A DNA stretch of 62,257 bases, the filler included, from Stramenopiles sp. TOSAG23-3 (lineage: Eukaryota): the NCBI GenBank assembly GCA_900128585.1. It is 6 parts of 6 records of this genome, joined end to end, with 100 filler letters (N's around TTAATTAATTAA, not from the genome) between each part and the next. Parts side by side here need not be neighbours in the genome. Positions count along the whole stretch, not along the records: positions 29,274 to 43,789 come from LT642561.1; 5 more parts are not named here. One strand, given 5' to 3'. Both the position numbers and the translations under genes were made by a program. Shown in pieces: positions 32,201-41,279 of the stretch. Position 1 is the first letter of the stretch; each line of letters begins with the position of its first letter. A model generated the notes under the pieces. The model saw only the letters and a list, made by a program, of their open reading frames with translations, was not told the origin of the DNA and ran no database searches.

Positions 32201-33836
32201 GTCTGCCACAAAATTCCCCGGATTTAAATGGTTTACGGATGGTTTGGATGATCCAGTCTGGACAAGCATGGTGGACTGCGCTTCTTCGTCGGACGCGAGC
32301 CCATCAACCACTGAGTGCATGAAGGCTTTCGCCCACGACGGGAAAAAGACAAGCTGGGTACACAAGGGCGTAGGAAAGGCATGGATTTCCGTCGAGTTCG
32401 AGGGCGAGGCTTCCATTACGCAAGTGCGATTGACGCATGTAGATGAGAAGGAAGCCAAGTCGAAAAAGCTCTGTTTACCAAAAGAGATTGTGATTGAACA
32501 TTCGACAGGAACCGAGGTAGTTTCCTTTGCCAACGCGGACAAGAAAAACAATGCCGGCATCGGTTACAGTCAAGCGCAGGACATTAAGCGAATCGTGGCA
32601 AAGAGAGTAACGATCGTCATCAAATCGGTCCAAAATAGTTGCAGCCTTGGAAATATTGGCATCGGCCAGATTGAATTAAGAGGCGCCGCCTTAAGGAATG
32701 TTGTCGGAAGCGGTAGTTTCTCAGACAAGGGATTAAAACAGTGCTCAGGGGATTCATACAACCTTGGCCGCCATGGTGATGGGTTCTGGGCTAAGCATAA
32801 TTACGAATGGAACTGCTACAAAGCGTTTAATGGAAAAGTGGGAGCAGGTGAAGGCAACTCGTGGGCGACTTTGTGGCCCTACAGCACGTCTGGTAAATAC
32901 AATGGAAGGCCTACCTCAAAACCCGCGTTTCCGCAAATGACATTGGAATTGAACGCCCCGAAGGATGTATACAGCATTAACATGCGACAACGCCGGGGCT
33001 ATCACGCGAAGCAAGTTGTACTCACAATGAAGGACAAAACCGGGAAAACGGTTGCAACCGAGAAGATTTCACCGGCGGACAAGGATGGTGCTCTACAAAA
33101 TTTCAATTTGGGCTCCATCCGTTCAAGTATCAGTACTGTCAAAGTACAGATCATGGATCTTTTTAAATCAACTGTGCGTCAACCAATTCCGTATATGTAT
33201 GATACGTTCAAGACCGAAAGCAGCAGCAATTGGATTTTCCCGAAGAAGGCAGGGTATGATTACGGTGCCAAAAACGGACTCTGGTTTTCCGGAGACGCTG
33301 AGAACAAGGTACCGATCTACTCCAAATACCCGTGGCCGGCGATGGGAACAACCATTACTGGTGAAATTACTGGCGATCCTGGAAAGTGCAGCGACCACTT
33401 TATCATGCTCTCAACCAAGCCACAAAAGGACTGGTCGATGGGTAGCTCCGAAGACGCCATCAAGTTCGCCTGGAATTGCGACGAGTTGTCAATATTTCCA
33501 ATGGGTAAGTCTAAAATTCCAGCGATAACAACAGGGTGCCGAGCAGCGTCTCGGGAGCAAAAGTTCCAAATTCAAATCGAGCAGGGATCCATTACATTCT
33601 ACTCCACCGGCTGCAGGGAGAGTGCTTCCTCCATAAATGGCGGGACCCGAACAAAACAATTGAGTGTAAGCAACTCGTTTGCAACCAAAGAAGGGGCAGC
33701 CTCGGTGTACATATACATCGGAGCAAGTCAAGATAGAAAACAAGTTACGAAGAAGCCAACTTTCAAGTTTGTGAAGTTCGTAACTGCGGGTCTAGGTTTA
33801 CAAGAGTTGGAAATAGTCGGAAAAGACTCCAATTAA
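29274..33836 (+). CDS. Large extracellular multidomain protein (5' end missing): at least 5 IPT/TIG, PAN/apple, reelin-like and 2 discoidin/F5-8-like domains
   Basis: IPT: G.NFG...(V/E)S.T/K...C repeated, PNHGPAEGGNTVVMHG. PAN: KCIETCKQAAGCGAFT...KCNLYS. Reelin-like: ITTKPLNL...LEF...SVNGGKTW...FAIDEVKI. Discoidin-like: KAF..DG.KTSW...WISVEF and KAFNG...SWAT...ELEIVG. No C-terminal TM segment. Confidence 0.85.
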   Translation: MVMEGTNFGCVDLTTSQPDTGFNLMTMKPKALQVGGSTARSFKPVTSAKVSEGLKRQTLTAWMKTAEATDRDKWIKCAKTIYESDGKLVCETPAGSGTKIEMKVTLGGEESAPKKLFDYDKPIVTRIEQYGAYTMGRPEGKNWVAIHGFNFGPTRPTWGMVKPYLKDLRQSTYETHSAIKIGDVYCIKSRWVSDTEVRCLAPPGIPNTNHTVTVGPVNGQYSDAAQDRVFYAYGRPFVRQSVPSIGSGKGNETIRIIGKNFGDCVTYQNYDVKNVIVDKTLHKYCPDVTAYVDCQKCLSTVRVSNTMVECVTPGGVGAGKFLDVQVGADKVGVRRDSNNAFSYNQAVITKVVPNHGPAEGGNTVVMHGYNFGISQEDFKKGCYPGRAPSVMVGHIDCASVNIESDKKLTCVMSGNPGVGKRLPLTPRIGGLSRSSPVTEDASYSFDLPVVKSVHTSNSKTQVVSPSGYDWVFACNNKDGNCQTPDQQWVKHNSYLVVEGNNFGSREYYYSGHHYRGRITCGFGNVQGNAQFVSNTKMNCHFPQNDQNRLVAEVGLASARVWVKVAQQKSFVPDEPKPDTYDLTFLKYPMRDLQGTPMQTITGGVDKCIETCKQAAGCGAFTIDKGDPGKCNLYSKTATVTCGTSAQDESAVTTYISEGIGGKSTGECIAPNNIALGMHVESVLPTQAMENSDAMLTIKGKNFGAKGSVRAKSLKAYYAGEECLSTEYVSNEEIKCKPIQKPRSVGEIAMQDSFENKAGYNSNQWLVVSGGKVGSLTGKSCGAAFGNAMQFASGGSITTKPLNLLKGAKLEFKMSMCGDWPRSDLSGDNWHKKGSQSWKNKDAPKGVSLSASVNGGKTWFEVADYNTYHSTRGWHTIQFKLFNSEKHGDHPAAAGNVMLKWEGKHGFAIDEVKITSDAVAYPVRVSGEVMDGRTKLKTMTTKSQYLGLELATVWSVPPNYRATHTACTTGPMCKSPASATKFPGFKWFTDGLDDPVWTSMVDCASSSDASPSTTECMKAFAHDGKKTSWVHKGVGKAWISVEFEGEASITQVRLTHVDEKEAKSKKLCLPKEIVIEHSTGTEVVSFANADKKNNAGIGYSQAQDIKRIVAKRVTIVIKSVQNSCSLGNIGIGQIELRGAALRNVVGSGSFSDKGLKQCSGDSYNLGRHGDGFWAKHNYEWNCYKAFNGKVGAGEGNSWATLWPYSTSGKYNGRPTSKPAFPQMTLELNAPKDVYSINMRQRRGYHAKQVVLTMKDKTGKTVATEKISPADKDGALQNFNLGSIRSSISTVKVQIMDLFKSTVRQPIPYMYDTFKTESSSNWIFPKKAGYDYGAKNGLWFSGDAENKVPIYSKYPWPAMGTTITGEITGDPGKCSDHFIMLSTKPQKDWSMGSSEDAIKFAWNCDELSIFPMGKSKIPAITTGCRAASREQKFQIQIEQGSITFYSTGCRESASSINGGTRTKQLSVSNSFATKEGAASVYIYIGASQDRKQVTKKPTFKFVKFVTAGLGLQELEIVGKDSN

Positions 33837-34476
33837 TTTTTGTATACTGTAGACGTTAGTTAATCACTTTTGCTTTGTAGAGCAAGTAAAAGTAAAAAAA
33901 ATAGTTTTATAACATTAGTATTAAAAAACTCGTCTAACAAATACCTATATATAATCGATAGTACAAGAAAATAAGAAAAGAGCAATTGGTTGGAATTCCA
34001 GTTTCATAGGCACTTCAATTGTATTCATTTTGCCTTTAATACTTTATTATAGCAATCAATATCTTTAGAGTACAGTATAGTACAATGAGGAGGTGAGTCG
34101 AGAAACGAAATTCTTGAAGAAGAAAAAAGAGGGGGGGGATATGGCAGAGCTGGAGGTTTAATTAGAGTGAACATTCCCATATTATTTCAATGTAATATAT
34201 TGTTTAACATAACAATATCATTGCTATGATGGAATCTATTTGAACACGATAGATAAAACAGCCACTGCTGACGTTCAATGTTGTTTTGTATTATTATCAT
34301 AATCAAGTAATTACAAACTCATGTAAAACATCCACCACGCCGCGTTCGTTGGTTTCAAGCCAACGCAGTCGGTAAAATGAACAAACGCGACGGGATTCGT
34401 GGGATACAAAAAAAGGACAACTTAGAACGCGAACGGTAGCGAGATTGTAGATTCCATTGTAGAAACGCAAGTAAAA

Positions 34477-37400
34477 ATGAATACAAGGCTAGTCTGCATC
34501 TTCTTCCTGCTTTTGCTGGCAGGCCAAGAAGTAGCCAACGCGCAAAGTAAACAACTCAGGTTTAAGGCGGCAAGTAGGTTAAACACGGCGAAACGGGCAG
34601 CAGCGGTGAAAAAGCCTGCAAAAGCCGAAAAGGCCCTGGACGAAGATGCGCAGCCGCTTGACAAGGGCAAAGTAAATTGTCCCGACGGTACAAAAAATGT
34701 CCCAAAGAATCAGCTGAAAGAGTGCGAAATCAAGGGCAGCGATGACGACGATGAGTGGACTTTCGTTGGCTACTTGCAGGACAAAAAATGCCCAGCCTAC
34801 TCCAAAGCAGAAGCAAAACAGGCTATAAAATGTTACGTTGACAGAAATCCGTGCAAAGAAGTCGATTTTAACGACCTTAAAGAATCGTTCCAAATTTGCA
34901 ACAAAGAGAAACTTGTAAAGGAGGAGGAGAAGAAGAGCCCTGACGCCGAGCAAAACGAGGAGGAAATGCCTGACCAAGACCGGAGTCAGCCAGACTTGAC
35001 CACCGTCATGGACGAGGATTTCAACGTTCTAACCAAGACCAATACTAAAGTCAATAAACATAACTACGCACTGGGCCCAATAACCTCAAAAAATTGGGAC
35101 ATGAAAATGAGTCAGGGTGTATTCGCAAGCCCTAAGCTTGGCGGCCACGCCGGCGGGAAAGCTGCCGTTTTCGTTGGCAACAAGAAAGGATCTGTGTTCG
35201 AATTTCCTACGCCAAAGGACAGTCGCTATTTAACAACGAAAGAATTCGACGCAAAACATGGGGGCGTTATATCGTTTTACTTGAAATCAGGGGAAATCAA
35301 CGGCGACAAAATGTGCGTAGAACAGCTAGACATTATGATGGAAGAGTATAAACGGCAGATGCGTGCTGCAGAAGCGACGAAAGCAAAAGAGGACTGCGAG
35401 AGCAGCCCTCCCTGCAATGGTCATGGCGAAGGTGTATTTTCGTCGAGCTGTTTCATTAAAGGGAAATGGGTCGAGGATGCGAAAGATGTCGAAACATCCC
35501 AGTTCAAATGCCATGACAAAAAGAGCGAGATGTGTTTGTGTAAATGCGAGAAAGGGTTTAAAGAACCAAATTGCCTGGAAGCACGAAAGCCGAATAACAA
35601 GGACGGTTTCCGTCGTTGCAGGAGTGTAGGAGATCCACACCCAAACACTGCAGCTGGTGCCAATTTTAATATCTATGACTCCGGAGAATTTGTATGGTCT
35701 CGTCATCCAGACATGAATGTCGAGGCTAGATTGCGAACACGGCCCGCCGGACGGGTTGCAGTGAACAGAGGATTTTCGATGACAATATGTAAAGGCGACC
35801 GATTTCCAAATGGCAAGGTGAACGACGACGGGAAAATGCAAGGCCCCTGCGAAACTGTTGCAATGGAGCGATGCAGTTTTTCTTTGGAGACATGCGACAA
35901 GATGGGCCCCGGCCAGAAGTGCAAATGTCAGAAAATTGGACGAAGTTTCACTTCAAAGCTGGGCATCTCTGTCACCAGCAGCACTATTAGTGCGAACGGT
36001 TGGTCCCTTCAGTACAGTTGTGGAAGTTACATGGATTCGTATTTGACCATTAATTCGCCTCGAGACGGGCGGTCAGTGGGATTGTGTGGTTATTACGGGA
36101 CGAAGGGTGCAGGTGGGGACACCGGTAACCCCGCATTCCTATCGAGATCAGGTTCGAGAGGAAGCCATCACATGACATCCCGTAAATTTTACGATTCATC
36201 ACTCACTACAAAGAAAGGGGAGGACTCTCACTTTCGGTGCGTCGGGTACGTAGCCCCTGGGGTTAATCCAAGTTACCCTAACTTTCATCGCATCAGTAGT
36301 TCTATCGGAACATCGGCTGAAATGGGAATGAAAATGGCGGCGGAAGCATTAACACAAGAATACGCAAGGGACCGTGCATGGTCCTTGGCACGAATGAACG
36401 ACCCTATCGGTAACGAAGTGTCTACTGCGGAGGCCGAAAAGATCTGCAAGGAAACCATCATCAAATGCAGTGGACTCCCAGTTCCAGACGTGTCCGCTAT
36501 GACAGCATGCGTGGCTGACTATGTGAAAGTTGGGAAGGAAGATGGTAAGTCCGTTTTGAAGGGTGCCTGTGAGGTGGTGAAAGAGGACGAGGATAATGCG
36601 GAGGAAGACATCAAAATGGACGAAGCGGAAGAAAAGCTTGAAATGGCCAGTGCAGCCCCCCTTCGAGTCCCAGGAAGAAATGACCTGGTCGTACAATGGT
36701 GCGTCAAAGACTGCGACAAAGAAGAAAGCAAAGCGTGCGTGGATGCCCGTGCGAAAATGCGGGAAACCAAAGGCGCCTTCACACCAAAAGAGGTGAATGC
36801 AATATGCAACTGGAAACAAATCAAAGCCTTCCCTGCCAAGCTATACAAGGAGTGGACCAGTTGCCCAGAGAATGTGTTCGTTAAGCTCAGTGCCGCCGAT
36901 CGCCTGACTTGCGGGTTCCGTCCAATGACCCTCAGCATCCCACCAGAGGCAATTAAAGCCCAAAAGGACCTGGGAAAAAAAATGCGAGTACGTTTCTTTC
37001 AAGAACGGCACGAGTGCTACTGCTGCAACACCTTCGCCATCGACTCGGTAAAGATCAACACTGGAGGATGGCCCGTGCGCTGCATGGCTGACAGCGACTT
37101 TTCACTCTTTGCGGACGGAAAAGAAGTGGGCGCCGCTAGCAACAACTGGGTGGGATACAAATGGAACCCCATGCGCGATACTTACCGATTTCGTATTAGC
37201 CCAAAGAGTAAAGTTTTGGGGGCACGAATCGTAAGTGAGGGCAATGGCCGCGCAGGACTAATCTGCTCCGTAGGCGAAAGCCTAGTAACCAGCTCCACCT
37301 GGCGATGCAGCGACGGCGATGCACCCAAAATTGGTGTCTTCAGCAAGCCCGACTTCGATGCCAGTTTGTGGCCAGCAGCCGCAGAGATTGGAAGAAACAT

Positions 37401-38367
37401 GGGGGAGGGTGTTCAACCATGGGGTCAAATCCCAGGGATAGCCACCAAGGCATTCTGGATATATGACCACAACGCTTACAAAAAAGGGGGATCTGTCGCC
37501 AACTGCCGAGTAGATACTCGTCGGGCATATCACAGTTACAGCATCGAACACAAAGCGGCATCCCGCTGGTCGTGCCAAGCAGACCGGGATCGCCAGTCTC
37601 CGTTCATCATTCAGATGACCGAGAACAATATGGACATGGCAGCGGTCCTAGCAAACGATCTAGATTCCACAGCAAACAAAGCGGTGAATCTTGAGCAGTC
37701 CATTGTTGCGTACGGAGGCCCAGGCTCGTTGAAAAGGCAATATGGCCGTTACGGGATTGGCGCGGACAAATGGCATCGCGACCGAAAGGTTTCTTTTGCA
37801 GCGTTGCCCATTGACCCCGAGAAAAAGCAATACCCGAAGTCTTCCATTATGCTACGCATCAAGGCCAAAAAGATAGTAGCGATGACAGCGCAAGGCGCTC
37901 AAGTAAAGGTTGCGAAGCTCCGCCTCTTCGTCACCGATGCCAGTTCCAAACCTTTCCAATACTGCAAGTCGTCTTATAATTGGAATGCCGGGCGTGTCAA
38001 TTACAATACGTTCAACCGGACAATTTTCCCATATTACCTGTCCGACTGCAGGACAGCAACAGCCTCGAAAGAGAACGAGTTTATCTCATTAGATATCACC
38101 GAATGGATGAGAGATTGGATCACAGGGGGGAAGGTTAACGGAGGTATCGCCATCCTGTTCGATGGTGGCGACCCCCCGAAGGGAGATGCGAAAAAGGCAG
38201 ATGCACTAGGCTTCGCCACTTTCAAAATGAGCAACAAGGAAGCTTCAATGCGCCCGAGGTTAAGTCTGAGTTGCCATGGTGACAGAGTTGAGCCCACGGT
38301 TGTCTTCAAAGAGAACAGAGCCGTTAGTGGGTTGAAGGCCAATGGAAGGAAATTGAGAAAGCAATAA
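34477..38367 (+). CDS. Secreted 1296-aa multidomain protein: split reelin-like domain enclosing EGF + VWD(+C8-like), then lectin-like and DNRLRE/CBM96-like domains
   Basis: Signal peptide. EGF CNGHG...C.C.KGF....C. VWD CRSVGDPH...GEFV...GLCG.Y. Lectin-like AD..F.LFADG...TSSTWRC...FD.S.WPAA...AFWI. C-terminal AKLRLFV...W....V.YN...LDIT.W...W......GI......RPRL.L. Confidence 0.85.
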   Translation: MNTRLVCIFFLLLLAGQEVANAQSKQLRFKAASRLNTAKRAAAVKKPAKAEKALDEDAQPLDKGKVNCPDGTKNVPKNQLKECEIKGSDDDDEWTFVGYLQDKKCPAYSKAEAKQAIKCYVDRNPCKEVDFNDLKESFQICNKEKLVKEEEKKSPDAEQNEEEMPDQDRSQPDLTTVMDEDFNVLTKTNTKVNKHNYALGPITSKNWDMKMSQGVFASPKLGGHAGGKAAVFVGNKKGSVFEFPTPKDSRYLTTKEFDAKHGGVISFYLKSGEINGDKMCVEQLDIMMEEYKRQMRAAEATKAKEDCESSPPCNGHGEGVFSSSCFIKGKWVEDAKDVETSQFKCHDKKSEMCLCKCEKGFKEPNCLEARKPNNKDGFRRCRSVGDPHPNTAAGANFNIYDSGEFVWSRHPDMNVEARLRTRPAGRVAVNRGFSMTICKGDRFPNGKVNDDGKMQGPCETVAMERCSFSLETCDKMGPGQKCKCQKIGRSFTSKLGISVTSSTISANGWSLQYSCGSYMDSYLTINSPRDGRSVGLCGYYGTKGAGGDTGNPAFLSRSGSRGSHHMTSRKFYDSSLTTKKGEDSHFRCVGYVAPGVNPSYPNFHRISSSIGTSAEMGMKMAAEALTQEYARDRAWSLARMNDPIGNEVSTAEAEKICKETIIKCSGLPVPDVSAMTACVADYVKVGKEDGKSVLKGACEVVKEDEDNAEEDIKMDEAEEKLEMASAAPLRVPGRNDLVVQWCVKDCDKEESKACVDARAKMRETKGAFTPKEVNAICNWKQIKAFPAKLYKEWTSCPENVFVKLSAADRLTCGFRPMTLSIPPEAIKAQKDLGKKMRVRFFQERHECYCCNTFAIDSVKINTGGWPVRCMADSDFSLFADGKEVGAASNNWVGYKWNPMRDTYRFRISPKSKVLGARIVSEGNGRAGLICSVGESLVTSSTWRCSDGDAPKIGVFSKPDFDASLWPAAAEIGRNMGEGVQPWGQIPGIATKAFWIYDHNAYKKGGSVANCRVDTRRAYHSYSIEHKAASRWSCQADRDRQSPFIIQMTENNMDMAAVLANDLDSTANKAVNLEQSIVAYGGPGSLKRQYGRYGIGADKWHRDRKVSFAALPIDPEKKQYPKSSIMLRIKAKKIVAMTAQGAQVKVAKLRLFVTDASSKPFQYCKSSYNWNAGRVNYNTFNRTIFPYYLSDCRTATASKENEFISLDITEWMRDWITGGKVNGGIAILFDGGDPPKGDAKKADALGFATFKMSNKEASMRPRLSLSCHGDRVEPTVVFKENRAVSGLKANGRKLRKQ

Positions 38368-38467
38368 CTTCGAACTTGGATAAATATAGTAATTTAAATT
38401 CAGAGACTAAAAAATATGATAAAGAGGAGATGAAAAATAATAAAGGTTTATTTCCTTATATAGTATT

Positions 38468-38658
38468 TCGCCGGCTTTCCTACCCCCGCCACTTCACGCC
38501 TAACTCCACCTATCGCCTTATGCTGTGTACATGTCTATCACCCTATCTCAAGTAAACTACAATTGTACTACAACTACGTGTATCATATACATGAGAATAC
38601 TATCAAAGTATGTAGGAATCGTGACGGCGTGAAGTGGCGGGGATAGGAAAGCCGACGA
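38468..38658. mobile_element. 191-bp MITE-like/fold-back element with 33-bp terminal inverted repeats
   Basis: 38468-38500 TCGCCGGCTTTCCTACCCCCGCCACTTCACGCC versus 38626-38658 GGCGTGAAGTGGCGGGGATAGGAAAGCCGACGA: 31/33 complementary. No clear TSD. Confidence 0.6.
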
Positions 38659-39134
38659 GATTTATTTATATAATGATAGTGAGGGTATTTTCATATTAAT
38701 TTGGTTGGAAATGTACTTGTTGTAAATACTAACAATACATCTTTCATTTTTGGTTTCATTTTTCCCCATCGCTATAATATCTATTAACAAGAGTTGATAA
38801 GAATAAAAAAATTAAAAAAATGATTGATTAGTAATGATGATATGTTGATGTTAAAATTAAGCATAAGTCCTTATATATAATTAGTGTAATAAACCGAACC
38901 AGACCATAGAAGAAAGACCAATATCCGTTTCTTTTTTTAATTTTGGTGCTCCTCTACCAATGTGTTAAATGATCGATTTATTTATAGTTGTTGAGTTGCG
39001 TTCCTTTCTTCTTTCTTTTCTTTTCTTTTCTGCTCTCCAATCCTTTTTTACCTGTACAATACCGTACCCCTGGTATAATACCTGGTGTTATAGTAGGGCC
39101 GAAGAACGAAGAACCCTGCTTCTTTCTTCCTTCG

Positions 39135-39349
39135 TTCTTCTTCTTCTATCTTCGTGTTCTCTTCTTCTTCTTCTTCTTCTTCTTCTTCTTCTTCTTTCTT
39201 TTTCTTCTTTCTTCTTTCTTCTTTTTCTTCTTCTTCTTCTTCTTCTTCTTCTTCTTCTTCTTCTTCTTCTTCTTCTTTTGTCTTCTTCTTCTTCTTCTTC
39301 TTCTTCTTCTTCTTCTTCTTCTTCTTCTTCTTCTTCTTCTTCTTCTTCT
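39135..39349. repeat. (CTT)n microsatellite
   Basis: Read directly. Confidence 0.95.
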
Positions 39350-39516
39350 ATCTTCTATTGTTGTTTTATATTTTATATATGTAATTATATAACTACTAAA
39401 GCGGAAAGGAAACGATGATTTGCGGGAAAAGAGTTTGAAAGGGGGAAACACATAGAAAAAAGAAAGAAGGAACGAAACAACACGAGGTTGTAACACCAAC
39501 GTTTGTGCGCCTTAAA

Positions 39517-40938
39517 ATGAATTCTTCGATCATGCGTAGAATTTACTCGCGCGGGTCCCAAAGGCGTAACCGTCCGTCCAGCACCACGGCTGCTGAGCAG
39601 GGGGCTGGGGCCAGTGACCGCGTGGGGGTAGACGCAGAAAATGAAAAGAACCCGCCTCGGCGACAGCGAGGGCCGGACCCACAGGCCATTTCTTACTCTG
39701 AAAATGGAAATAACGACTCTGAAAATGTGAGCGAAGAAAAGGTGGTTGAATTGGAAGAAGAGGTCGAGGACCGGGTGGTCCGAGATGATAGTGACGACGA
39801 CTACCTCAGTACTCACCGAAGCAATAATGGATCTCGGCAGGGCTGGGCGGAGGATGACGAGGGGGGCAAAAGTGGAGATGACAACGATGAGGATATGTAC
39901 ATGTACCGTCGCCAGGACGACAGGGACACAGTAGCGGAGATCCCGTCTCGCACATGGTCACCAGAGTCGTTTCTTGATTTTGTCATGAACGACCAAAAAA
40001 TTATTCGCTTCAACGTTGGCGGCACGGAATTTTCGACGTCGCGCGAGACGATACAGAACGACCGTTGCTCTATGCTGTCTATCATGTTACGGCACGAAGA
40101 AATGCAGGGGACCAAAGACCAAAGTGGGGCATTTTTCATTGATCGTGATCCTGCGTATTTTCGATACGTGCTCAATTTTCTAAGAGATGGCTCTGTGGAT
40201 TTGCCTGAAGATAGGCACGAGCTGTCTCAATTGTTACGGGAAGCTGAGTTTTACCAAGTCGATGGACTCTGCAAGGCTATTCGGAAGCACCGTCGAAGGC
40301 GGGCTCGAATTAGCCGCGAGGCGTTTCTAAGCATGATCAATACCCGCGGTACAACAGGGCTGATGTTTCCAAACACGGACTTTTCCGGGGAAGATTTAAG
40401 CCATATGAACATTACAAAGGGGTGCTTCATTAATGCAGATTTGTCCGACTCCGATTTGCGATTTTCAGATTTTGAGAAAACTCGTTTTTCCGGCGCCTTG
40501 TTCCGTGGGTCCAACCTAAGCAATGCGTCATTCACGGAAGCAAAAATGGACGGTGTGGACTTGACCGGCGCCAATCTTCAAAAGGCGCAGTTGTACAAAT
40601 GCGATTTGAAAAATGCGTGTCTTTGTAACGCGGACCTGATGCGTGCCAATTTGCAAGAGGCAAACTTGAAGGGTACCGATTTACAAGGGGCTAATTTGCA
40701 AGGTGTCATTCTTCACGGCGCAGACCTGCGGGGCTTTAACTTGGAATCGGCGAATTTGCAGGGCGCAAATCTGGAAGGTGCGAATTTGGAGGGTGCAATT
40801 CTGTTGCGAGCCAATTTGAAAGGGGCGAACTTGTGGGATGCAAATTTAAAAGGATCAAATCTGCACCAAGCAAATTTACGAGATGCAAACCTTCATCGTG
40901 CAAACATGAGAGATGTACGAGGGGAATATTTGAGGTAA
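39517..40938 (+). CDS. BTB/POZ (KCTD-type) plus pentapeptide-repeat protein, KCTD9/FIP2-like
   Basis: IRFNVGGTEFSTSRETI...SML...FFIDRDPAYFRYVLNFLRDG...EAEFYQV, followed by a long A(N/D)L.. pentapeptide array; acidic disordered N-terminus. Confidence 0.93.
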   Translation: MNSSIMRRIYSRGSQRRNRPSSTTAAEQGAGASDRVGVDAENEKNPPRRQRGPDPQAISYSENGNNDSENVSEEKVVELEEEVEDRVVRDDSDDDYLSTHRSNNGSRQGWAEDDEGGKSGDDNDEDMYMYRRQDDRDTVAEIPSRTWSPESFLDFVMNDQKIIRFNVGGTEFSTSRETIQNDRCSMLSIMLRHEEMQGTKDQSGAFFIDRDPAYFRYVLNFLRDGSVDLPEDRHELSQLLREAEFYQVDGLCKAIRKHRRRRARISREAFLSMINTRGTTGLMFPNTDFSGEDLSHMNITKGCFINADLSDSDLRFSDFEKTRFSGALFRGSNLSNASFTEAKMDGVDLTGANLQKAQLYKCDLKNACLCNADLMRANLQEANLKGTDLQGANLQGVILHGADLRGFNLESANLQGANLEGANLEGAILLRANLKGANLWDANLKGSNLHQANLRDANLHRANMRDVRGEYLR

Positions 40939-41155
40939 GGCGGGCATTTCCACAGGATTGGAATCCTGCGGAGATTTTAACAACAGGGCCCCAGAAACTA
41001 AAAATTACTGTCAGGTTGGGAAGGGGGAGGAAAAAGTGTTGTGTTTTCAAAAAGTGATTAATAATTCTTACTTTAAGCAAACGAGGTTTTAATACTTTGT
41101 AGCCCCAGTTGTACACCGTACCTCCTCGCAAATTCATTTTGTCAATATAAAAGTT

Positions 41156-41220
41156 AGGGTATGAGGAAGCTAAATTTAATTATCATATGTTACGTAAATA
41201 ACAGCCAATTTTCTTGTTTT
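41156..41220 (+). mobile_element. Short insertion element, copy A (65 bp), with 8-bp flanking direct repeat TAAAAGTT
   Basis: Core AAATAACAGCCAATTTTCTTGTTT at 41196-41219; direct repeats at 41148-41155 and 41221-41228. Confidence 0.7.
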
Positions 41221-41279
41221 TAAAAGTTTGAAAACAATATTTCACTCGCCGACTAAGACTAAGCGTACCACTTTAGTGG

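Noticed and set aside
19644-33836. Myosin ORF continuing into the IPT-domain ORF
   Set aside because: They are on different contigs separated by an artificial linker.
38969-39499. Poly-F/L/S/K/R/E ORFs here and at 2578-2902, 46440-46732, 50372-50902, 55357-55797
   Set aside because: Translations of stop-free microsatellites.
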